A DNA stretch of 20,000 nt, from IMG/VR virus record IMGVR_UViG_3300037249_000775. One strand, 5' to 3'. Below are positions 8,520-15,733 of the stretch, in pieces. This stretch comes from an uncultured virus (IMG/VR IMGVR_UViG_3300037249_000775) (Duplodnaviria > Heunggongvirae > Uroviricota > Caudoviricetes). The notes under the pieces were generated by a model that was not told where the DNA came from, did not search any database, and saw only the letters and a list, made by a program, of their open reading frames with translations. The first letter of the stretch is position 1. Each line of letters opens with the position of its first letter. The position numbers and the translations under genes are program-made.

Positions 8520-11300
8520 ATGAGAATAGATTTATTCGATGTTAAAGATTTCATTGAAATAAATAAACTCCAGGAAGTAACTAGTCCAGTATTATTCCAA
8601 AGAGGTGATATTCCTCACCCTGATGGATTGGTTTCAAATAGAATTTTCGGTACAACTGTTCAATCAAGAAAAAATACTTTTGCATATATAAATTTATACG
8701 GACATTTTTTTCACCCTCATGTTTATAAGGCAATAAAACGTATGTTTAGAAATATGGAGAAAATAATTTCTGGTGAGCAATATTATATTATTAATAATAA
8801 AGGTATTCTTGAATTAAATGAAAATGGTGAAACAGGAATTGAATTTATTTATGATAATTGGGAAAAAATAAACTGGGAAAAAACTAGTGATAGTGGAATG
8901 CGTAATGAACGTATTGATATGCTTAAGAATTTTAAAAAAGATGAAATTTTTATGCAATATTTAATAGTTATCCCGCCTTTTTATAGAGATATTAAATCAA
9001 CATCATCTGGTGGAGAAACTGGTGAACTTAATAAGTTTTATACTAATGCTATTAGATATGCTTCTTTATTAAAAGATAGAGATATGTTTAGTTTTCAATT
9101 ATATCAAACAAATTCTAATATGCAAAATTTAATTGTAGATATTTACGATTATTTTAAGAATAAACTTGAAAAGAAAACTGGTATGTTAAGAAAATATCTT
9201 CTTGGTAAAAACGTTGATTATTGTAGTCGCACAGTAATTACTGCACCAAGATTTCATGCTAATAAACCAACTGAAATGCAGACCAGTTTTAAATATGCAT
9301 CTATACCAATATCTCAAATTTGTTCTTTATGCTATCCTTTTGTTGTAAAATGGGTAAAAGATTTTTTTGAAAGAGAAATTTTCTCTTTCAAAAACAGTAA
9401 ATTAGTTTATGATCCGATGACTAATAAAAGTGTTGAATGTGAACTTGATAATCCTGAATCTATTTTTACCGATAAATATATTAAAAAAATGATAGATGGA
9501 TATGTAAAAGATCCTGAATGTAGATTTAATAAAATAGAAGTACCTATTAAAAACAGTAATAAGAAACTCTTTTTAAAATTTGGCGGTAGACGATTAAATC
9601 AATCAAAAGAAGAATTATCTAATATTGCATATCGACCAATGACATATACTGATATCTTATATATGGCTGCTGTAGATGTTACTAAAGATAAACATTGTAT
9701 TATTACACGATATCCAGTAAATGATGAGTTTGGTTTATTTATAAATAAAATTCATGTAGTATCAACTACTACAACCGAACCTATAATGTGCAATGATAAA
9801 GTTTATCAATGGTATCCTGTAATAGATTTTAATGTATCTCCTGAAAAAATGGCTACAAAATTTATTGATTCAGTCCAGTTTTCTAATAGTTATCTGAAAG
9901 GTTTAGTAGGTGACTATGATGGTGACCAAACTACCGTAAAAATTATTTTTACTCAAGAAGCAAATGCTGAATGTGAAGCAAAAATGAATTCTAAGCAATT
10001 TTTCATAAATGCAAAAGGTTCGTTTATACGTGTAACTTCTAATGAGGGAATACAAACTATTTATACTTTAACTAAAAATCCTAAAACTACTGATAGGGTT
10101 TTAAGTACAGCTGATGCTCTTCAATTTATTCAAATGAAACCTGAAAATATAACATTTGAATTTCTTGTTGATACTTTTGGTAATACTGTTGATATTTCTA
10201 ATGGTGTAAGTACAAATGCAAAAAAATCTAATTATAATACTACTGATATAATAGATATTAAAGTACCGTATAATGGATTTAAAGGTAAAACTACGTTAGG
10301 TAGATTAATATATAATAAAATCGTTTTTGATCAGTCTGGACTGTCAAATGTGTTTGGTTATATAAATAAAGAAATTAATGATGATGTAAATTCAGGTATT
10401 GAACAACAAATAGCCAATTATACCAAAGAAGATAAAATTACAGTAGATCAATTATATAATTATATTGATTATCGTGATTGGGTTGGATTGCAATTACATG
10501 CTGTTATAACAACATCATTTACTAGCAATACGTTAAAGAGACCGCCTGAAGTAACTAAACTTAAAAATGAATTAATTAAAAAATATAAAAAAGAAATTGA
10601 AGAAGGAGATCCTAATATAGCTAATCTAATAGATAAAGAGTTGGTTAAAAAAACTGAAGAAATATTAGATGATGATATCGGTATGGATCTTTATAAGTCA
10701 GGTGCTCGTGGTTCTATGGGGAATAACTTCAAGAATATGTACTTATTTAGAGGAGCTGTTATGAATAGATCAACAGGTAAATATGAAATTCTTGAAAACG
10801 CTTTACTTGATGGTCTTGATAAAAAGAATATATCGGTTCATTCTAATACTATACTTGAAGGTGCATATCCTAAAGCTGTTGGTACTGCTGATAGTGGATA
10901 TTTAACTAAGCAAATAAGTTCTGGTCTACAAACTGAAGTATTGGGTGAATATGGTTCAGACTGTGGTACTAAAAAAACATTAGATATTACTATACCAAAA
11001 AAACCAGAAGATTATTTATATAGATATATAGTTGAAAATGGTAAACTTGTTTGTTTAACTCCTGATGTAATAGGTAACTATGTTGGTAAAACAGTAAAAA
11101 TGAGATCGCCGATGTACTGTATTGATAAAAAATGTATATGTAATAAATGTGCAGGAGATAATTTCTATAAACTTGATAAGAAAAATATAGGTCTTGTTGC
11201 TGTTACAATGGGCGGTGTATTGTTGAATCTTAACATGAAAAAATTCCATGATAATGTAGTTAAGATTCAAAATATTGATGTTAATGATATGCTAATATAA
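8520..11300 (+). CDS. rpoC: Phage multisubunit RNA polymerase beta'-like subunit (probably virion RNAP)
   Basis: DGLVSNRIFG (region A), GMLRKYLLGKNVDYCSRTVI (region C), ITRYPV, catalytic GDYDGDQ (nt 9909-9929), TTLGRLIYN, SGARGS, bridge helix GTADSGYLTKQI, Zn site DCGT...RSPMYC...ICNKC, trigger helix ending MKKFH. Lies among structural genes. Confidence 0.93.
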   Translation: MRIDLFDVKDFIEINKLQEVTSPVLFQRGDIPHPDGLVSNRIFGTTVQSRKNTFAYINLYGHFFHPHVYKAIKRMFRNMEKIISGEQYYIINNKGILELNENGETGIEFIYDNWEKINWEKTSDSGMRNERIDMLKNFKKDEIFMQYLIVIPPFYRDIKSTSSGGETGELNKFYTNAIRYASLLKDRDMFSFQLYQTNSNMQNLIVDIYDYFKNKLEKKTGMLRKYLLGKNVDYCSRTVITAPRFHANKPTEMQTSFKYASIPISQICSLCYPFVVKWVKDFFEREIFSFKNSKLVYDPMTNKSVECELDNPESIFTDKYIKKMIDGYVKDPECRFNKIEVPIKNSNKKLFLKFGGRRLNQSKEELSNIAYRPMTYTDILYMAAVDVTKDKHCIITRYPVNDEFGLFINKIHVVSTTTTEPIMCNDKVYQWYPVIDFNVSPEKMATKFIDSVQFSNSYLKGLVGDYDGDQTTVKIIFTQEANAECEAKMNSKQFFINAKGSFIRVTSNEGIQTIYTLTKNPKTTDRVLSTADALQFIQMKPENITFEFLVDTFGNTVDISNGVSTNAKKSNYNTTDIIDIKVPYNGFKGKTTLGRLIYNKIVFDQSGLSNVFGYINKEINDDVNSGIEQQIANYTKEDKITVDQLYNYIDYRDWVGLQLHAVITTSFTSNTLKRPPEVTKLKNELIKKYKKEIEEGDPNIANLIDKELVKKTEEILDDDIGMDLYKSGARGSMGNNFKNMYLFRGAVMNRSTGKYEILENALLDGLDKKNISVHSNTILEGAYPKAVGTADSGYLTKQISSGLQTEVLGEYGSDCGTKKTLDITIPKKPEDYLYRYIVENGKLVCLTPDVIGNYVGKTVKMRSPMYCIDKKCICNKCAGDNFYKLDKKNIGLVAVTMGGVLLNLNMKKFHDNVVKIQNIDVNDMLI

Positions 11301-11308
11301 GAGTAAAT

Positions 11309-11321
11309 CACAATTATATAA
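11309..11321 (+). promoter_or_regulatory. Putative phage late promoter CACA-N6-TAA
   Basis: caca-attata-taa upstream of the ORF at 11340. Confidence 0.45.
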
Positions 11322-11339
11322 AGAAAGGTCTGATGGATT

Positions 11340-11600
11340 ATGCCTAACTATAACGAAATAAAAACTAGAATTATTATTCGTAATGATACTTCCGATAACT
11401 GGGAAGGATCAACTATTGTTTTACAAAAAGGTGAACCTGCTATTGAGATTGATACCGTTAATAAAACTGGTAAACTTAAAATTGGTGATGGTACTTCTAC
11501 ATTTAGTCAGTTACCTTTTTCAACATTAACACCAGATGAAGTTGACGCTAAAATTGCAAGTGCAGGTTCTGGTGGAAGTCCTATATGGCAAACTTTATAA
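11340..11600 (+). CDS. Small Mtd_N/hyaluronidase-N-like tail-fibre adaptor protein
   Basis: RIIIRNDTSDNW...VLQKGEPAIEIDT...KLKIGDGTSTFSQLPF is the typical major-tropism-determinant N-terminal motif. Confidence 0.8.
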   Translation: MPNYNEIKTRIIIRNDTSDNWEGSTIVLQKGEPAIEIDTVNKTGKLKIGDGTSTFSQLPFSTLTPDEVDAKIASAGSGGSPIWQTL

Positions 11601-11632
11601 AATATTAATATAATGAAAGGATGTGAATAAAA

Positions 11633-12352
11633 ATGGCTGAAAGAAATTATGATTTTACAGAAATAAAAACCAGAATTATTATTCGTAATGATAGTGCTGA
11701 AAATTGGGCAGGTTCAGAAGTTATTCTAGAGAAAGGTGAGCCTGCAATAGAATATGATGCTGTAAATAAAACGGCTAAAATTAAATTCGGTGATGGTACT
11801 TCTACATTTAGTGAATTACCTTTTTCAACATTAACACCTACAGAGATTAATTCTGTTATAGGTAATATTTCATCATCTGTTTCTGGAATGCAATTTAAGG
11901 GCACTGTAGGTACATCTGGTACAGTTACAGATATTTCGTCAATTCAATCACCTCAGAATGGTGATACTTATAAAATTATTACAGGAATCACATTAACATC
12001 TGAGCAATCTTTAGATGGTAACGAACATGAATTAACTGTTGGAGATATTATTATATGCTCATCGGATAAATGGGTATTTGTTCCGTCTGGTAATGAAGAT
12101 ATCACAAGTATTAAAATTGCTGGTTCTGGTGATACAATCAATGTATCTGCAACAGCTCAAACTGGTGAGGTAGTACTTGGTACAGCGGCAGGTATTAACA
12201 CAACAACAAGCGTTACAAACGATAGTACAACAGTACCAACAACAAGTGCTGTTAAAACTTATGTCGATGATTCTGTTTCATCTATTAGTACAGATTCTCT
12301 TATAGATGGTGAAAATATTCTTATTCTTAATGGTGGTAGTGCTACAGAATAA
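11633..12352 (+). CDS. Mtd_N-like tail fibre/adaptor protein
   Basis: N-terminal domain paralogous to 11340. The C-terminal module (MQFKGTVG...GDTYKII...VPSGNEDITSIKIA...AVKTYVDD) is shared with the fibre at 18639. Confidence 0.8.
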   Translation: MAERNYDFTEIKTRIIIRNDSAENWAGSEVILEKGEPAIEYDAVNKTAKIKFGDGTSTFSELPFSTLTPTEINSVIGNISSSVSGMQFKGTVGTSGTVTDISSIQSPQNGDTYKIITGITLTSEQSLDGNEHELTVGDIIICSSDKWVFVPSGNEDITSIKIAGSGDTINVSATAQTGEVVLGTAAGINTTTSVTNDSTTVPTTSAVKTYVDDSVSSISTDSLIDGENILILNGGSATE

Positions 12353-12373
12353 TATAAAGAAAGGAGTATAACT

Positions 12374-12574
12374 ATGCTTGACGATGATAAAATTACTAGT
12401 AATAATCTCATGTATTTAGATAAGAAAGTATCTAGAATTTTAAAAAAAGTTTTAGATAATCCTGAATCAGAAATCTCTAAAACTATGCAAGAAAAATATA
12501 GTGATGAATCAGTGGAAGATATTGCTACTAGTGGTAAGACAATTATACTCAATGGTGGTACATCAGAGAATTAA
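12374..12574 (+). CDS. Small protein, stand-alone member of the shared N-terminal peptide family
   Basis: RBS AAGGAG. Carries YLDKKVSRILKKVLDNPESEI; its C-terminus IILNGGTSEN resembles the ILILNGGSATE end of 11633. Confidence 0.8.
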   Translation: MLDDDKITSNNLMYLDKKVSRILKKVLDNPESEISKTMQEKYSDESVEDIATSGKTIILNGGTSEN

Positions 12575-12576
12575 AT

Positions 12577-12613
12577 AAATAAGAGTGATACATCAAATGT
12601 ATCACTCTTATTT
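12577..12613 (+). terminator. Rho-independent terminator-like hairpin
   Basis: 17-bp stem aaataagagtgatacat / atgtatcactcttattt with loop caa. Confidence 0.75.
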
Positions 12614-12626
12614 TACATTTAATTAA
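12614..12626 (+). promoter_or_regulatory. Putative phage late promoter TACA-N6-TAA
   Basis: taca-tttaat-taa directly after the hairpin, upstream of 12659. Confidence 0.5.
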
Positions 12627-12658
12627 ATATATATATTAATAGAAAGGAAGATAATAAT

Positions 12659-13618
12659 ATGAGCGTTTCTAATAAAGATAGAGGGGTTAATAAAAAGATT
12701 AGAAATATATTAAAAGAATTATTTAAATCAGATTCTAATATTTATACCGATATTAAAAATGGTATAGATAAATTAGAAGAGAGTGAATTAGTAAAATTAA
12801 TTAATGACATTTTTACTAATAACGTTGTAAATCTTTCTTCTGATAAAATTAAAAAAATCAATCTGAGTATGAAAAATGCATGCCCAAGCTTAAGAACAGT
12901 TAATTTACCTAATGTAACCAGTATTGGTAATTATACATTTGACAGTTGTACTAAGTTAACTTCTATAGATTTACCTAATGTAACCAGTATTGGTAATAAT
13001 GCATTTCAACGTTGTACTAGTTTAACTTCTATAGATTTACCTAATGTAATCAGTATTGGTAATTATACATTTAACGGTTGTACTAAGTTAACTTCTATAG
13101 ATTTACCTAATGTAACCAGTATTGATGATTCTGCATTTTCAGGTTGTACTAAGTTAACTTCTATAAATATACCTAATGTAATCAGTATTGATAATTATAC
13201 ATTTAACAGTTGTACTAAGTTAACTTCTATAGATTTACCTAATGTAACCAGTATTGGTAATTCTGCATTTTCAGATTGTACTAGTTTAACTTCTATAGAT
13301 TTACCTAATGTAATCAGTATTGGTAATAATGCATTTAACGGTTGTACTAAGTTAACTTCTATAAATATACCTAATGTAACCAGTATTGATAATTATACAT
13401 TTAACGGTTGTACTAGTTTAACAAAAATAATTATTGGTACAGATTCAGACATATGTACATTAAAATCAACTAATGTATTTTATAGTACACCTATTGCAAG
13501 TGGTATGGGATATATTTATGTGCCAGATGATAAAGTTGATACATATAAATCAGCTACTAACTGGAGTACATATGCATCACAAATTAAACCTATTAGTGAA
13601 CTTCCTTCAGAAGAATAA
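12659..13618 (+). CDS. BspA-type leucine-rich repeat (LRR_5) protein
   Basis: Eight 22-aa repeats LPNVTSIGNxxFxxCTxLTSID and a C-terminal cap GYIYVPD...YKSATNWSTYASQIKPISEL. Confidence 0.92.
   Translation: MSVSNKDRGVNKKIRNILKELFKSDSNIYTDIKNGIDKLEESELVKLINDIFTNNVVNLSSDKIKKINLSMKNACPSLRTVNLPNVTSIGNYTFDSCTKLTSIDLPNVTSIGNNAFQRCTSLTSIDLPNVISIGNYTFNGCTKLTSIDLPNVTSIDDSAFSGCTKLTSINIPNVISIDNYTFNSCTKLTSIDLPNVTSIGNSAFSDCTSLTSIDLPNVISIGNNAFNGCTKLTSINIPNVTSIDNYTFNGCTSLTKIIIGTDSDICTLKSTNVFYSTPIASGMGYIYVPDDKVDTYKSATNWSTYASQIKPISELPSEE
12905..13432 (+). repeat. Eight tandem 66-bp near-identical units encoding LRRs
   Basis: Consensus ttacctaatgtaaccagtattggtaattatacatttaacggttgtactaagttaacttctatagat; units start at 12905 + 66n. 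Confidence 0.95.
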
Positions 13619-13646
13619 AAATTAAATAAGAAAGGAAGATAATATT

Positions 13647-13823
13647 ATGAACGCTTCTAATAAAGATAGAGGGCTTAACAAAAAAATTATTAATGTAATT
13701 GCAGATATTCTCGCTGACCCCTTTTCAGAACTTTATAAAGATATTAAAAAAGGTTTAGAACAACTAGAGGAGAATAGTGAATCAGAAAGTAAAAGTGACG
13801 AAGATTCTGATTCAGATAATTAA
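13647..13823 (+). CDS. 58-aa stand-alone shared-peptide protein (not in ORF track)
   Basis: RBS AAAGGAAG. MNASNKDRGLNKKIINVIADILADPFSELYKDIKKGLEQLEENSESESKSDEDSDSDN; RBS and 5' end nearly identical to those of 12659. Confidence 0.8.
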   Translation: MNASNKDRGLNKKIINVIADILADPFSELYKDIKKGLEQLEENSESESKSDEDSDSDN

Positions 13824-13854
13824 TATTTAAATATAAAAGAAAGGAGATATTATT

Positions 13855-14001
13855 ATGAAAAATACAAATCCTATGTATTTAGATAAAAAAATTATTAATA
13901 TTGTAAAGGAAGCTTTATCAGACCCTGAATCGGAGATTTATAAAGCAATTAAAAGAGAATTAGAAAAATCTGATTCGTCTGATAATGAAGAAGGCGAGTA
14001 A
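13855..14001 (+). CDS. 48-aa stand-alone shared-peptide protein (not in ORF track)
   Basis: RBS AAGGAG. MKNTNPMYLDKKIINIVKEALSDPESEIYKAIKRELEKSDSSDNEEGE; paralogue of 12374. Confidence 0.8.
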   Translation: MKNTNPMYLDKKIINIVKEALSDPESEIYKAIKRELEKSDSSDNEEGE

Positions 14002-14002
14002 T

Positions 14003-15049
14003 ATGATTAATTTAGGATTAAATAGAAAAGTTATTAAGGTTTTAGTTGATAGTCTTAGTGACTCTGATTCTAAAATTTATAAAGATATTATGAGTATTAC
14101 AGGTGAACCCTCTGGAGAAGTTGATGAAAACGATACTCTTATTAACTATCTTACAGATGGAACAGAAGTTACAACACTTACAAGTAATGCTGTTAAGAAA
14201 GTAGCCGATGATGTTTTTAATGGTTATAATAAATTAGTAACTGTTAATTTTCCTAAAGCTACTTCTATTGGTGTTCGTTCTTTCCAAGGTTGTACATCTT
14301 TAAATACAGTTGATTTTACAAATGCTAAATCATTAGGAAATTATGCATTTAAAGAGTGCTCTAACTTAAGAAATGTTACTATTCCTAATGTAGAAACAAT
14401 CGGTGATTGGGTTTTCCATAAATGTACAAAAATAAAAGTATTAACTTGTACTAATGTAAAAACTATTGGAGCATCCGCTTTTCAAGGTTGCTATGGATTA
14501 CATGATATTGACTTACCTGAGTGTACAGAAATTGGTACATCTGCATTTTATAGATGTGATTACATAGAGAGAATTAATTTACCTAAAGTAACAGTAATCC
14601 CTAATTCAGCTTTTGATACTGACACTGATAATGATAGACTTCTTACTGAAGTCAATTTACCCAATGTAACAAGTATTGGTGATAGAGCGTTTTATGGTAA
14701 AAATCAATTAACAGAAATTAATTTACCTAAAGTTGAAACCATTGGTACATCTGCTTTTAACTGTTGTCATGATTTATCAACGATTATTTTACCCAAAGTG
14801 ACATTTATCGACGATGGTGCGTTTAACCAATGCTTTTCTATAGATAAAATAATATTAGCTGGTTCTACAAAAGTTGAATTAGGTGAAACGGCAAATAGTG
14901 TATTTAGTCAATCAAATGTATGTGGTTCTGCGAGTTATTTTACTGGTATTTTTGTACCAGATAATTTAGTAGATACTTATAAATCAGATACAAACTGGGC
15001 TCCTGCTGCAGGAAACATTAAACCCCTTAGTCAATTACCGACTGAATAA
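14003..15049 (+). CDS. BspA-type LRR protein (diverged repeats)
   Basis: About 10 repeats of the form xLPxVxxIGxxAFxxCxxL and a cap GIFVPDNLVDTYKSDTNW...IKPLSQLP. The ATG at 14003 (1 nt after the previous stop, preceded by GAAGGCGAG) is preferred to 13985. Confidence 0.9.
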   Translation: MINLGLNRKVIKVLVDSLSDSDSKIYKDIMSITGEPSGEVDENDTLINYLTDGTEVTTLTSNAVKKVADDVFNGYNKLVTVNFPKATSIGVRSFQGCTSLNTVDFTNAKSLGNYAFKECSNLRNVTIPNVETIGDWVFHKCTKIKVLTCTNVKTIGASAFQGCYGLHDIDLPECTEIGTSAFYRCDYIERINLPKVTVIPNSAFDTDTDNDRLLTEVNLPNVTSIGDRAFYGKNQLTEINLPKVETIGTSAFNCCHDLSTIILPKVTFIDDGAFNQCFSIDKIILAGSTKVELGETANSVFSQSNVCGSASYFTGIFVPDNLVDTYKSDTNWAPAAGNIKPLSQLPTE

Positions 15050-15052
15050 TTT

Positions 15053-15088
15053 ATTGTAAGATGAGCAGTAACATGTTCATCTTACAAT
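15053..15088 (+). terminator. Terminator-like hairpin
   Basis: 15-bp stem attgtaagatgagca / tgttcatcttacaat with one G-T pair. Confidence 0.65.
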
Positions 15089-15095
15089 TATTTAA
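15083..15095 (+). promoter_or_regulatory. Putative phage late promoter TACA-N6-TAA
   Basis: taca-attatt-taa upstream of 15119. Confidence 0.5.
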
Positions 15096-15118
15096 TATCA
15101 TAGAAACGAGGCGATTAT

Positions 15119-15712
15119 ATGTCAAATTCAAATTTAGGATTAAACCGAAAAATTAGTTCCGTTGTGTCTAAGAATTTAACAGACACTGAATCGGATATTT
15201 ATAAGCAAATAAGTGAAATTGTTAGTGAATATACTGTTGATGAAGCAGATGAAGACAGTGGTATAGTTGCTATAATTGAACGTGGTAAAGATAATGTAAC
15301 AGAATTTAAAGAAAAACGTATAACAGTTATAACTCAAAATATGTTCTCTGACTTTCCAAATTTAACATATTTATATTTACCTAATGTAACCAGTATTGGT
15401 GATAGTGCATTTTATAGCTGTAGCAATTTAATTTCTATAGATTTACCTAATGTAACCAGTATTGGTGATAGTGCATTTGAAAGTTGTAACAATTTATCAA
15501 CAGTTATAATGTCGACCAATCAAATAATAACATTAGAAGATAAAAGTGTATTTAATGATACACCCATTTCGAATAAAACAGGATATATTTATGTACCAGA
15601 TTCACTTGTAAATAGTTATAAATCTACATCTGGTTGGTCAACATATGCTTCACAAATTAAACCTATTAGCGAACTTCCCCAAGAATATAAAACTCTTTAT
15701 AATATAACATAA
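15119..15712 (+). CDS. Short BspA-type LRR protein
   Basis: Two to three LRRs (LPNVTSIGDSAF twice, 66 bp apart at 15377 and 15443) and the same C-terminal cap as 12659. Confidence 0.9.
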   Translation: MSNSNLGLNRKISSVVSKNLTDTESDIYKQISEIVSEYTVDEADEDSGIVAIIERGKDNVTEFKEKRITVITQNMFSDFPNLTYLYLPNVTSIGDSAFYSCSNLISIDLPNVTSIGDSAFESCNNLSTVIMSTNQIITLEDKSVFNDTPISNKTGYIYVPDSLVNSYKSTSGWSTYASQIKPISELPQEYKTLYNIT

Positions 15713-15733
15713 TACATTTTATTTATTCATTTT

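Noticed and set aside
1..11300. Introns or inteins in terminase or RNAP (common in AR9-like phages)
   Set aside because: Both ORFs are continuous with conserved motifs in expected order; no intein splice motifs or homing endonuclease were seen.
8520..11300. Bacterial chromosomal rpoC
   Set aside because: Too short and divergent, with no rpoB or ribosomal protein neighbours; flanked by phage tail genes.
2620..12552. Shadow ORFs from the track (2620-3114, 2651-2884, 6123-6320, 6307-6537, 6344-6646, 7010-7285, 7951-8274, 8264-8470, 11055-11270, 11647-11904, 12259-12552)
   Set aside because: They overlap well-supported genes in other frames or on the opposite strand, and show no recognisable motifs.
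12905..13432. CRISPR array or DGR template/variable repeat
   Set aside because: The units are contiguous in-frame 66-bp coding repeats without unique spacers. Variation includes non-adenine positions (acc/atc, aag/agt), and there is no reverse transcriptase or cas gene in the window.
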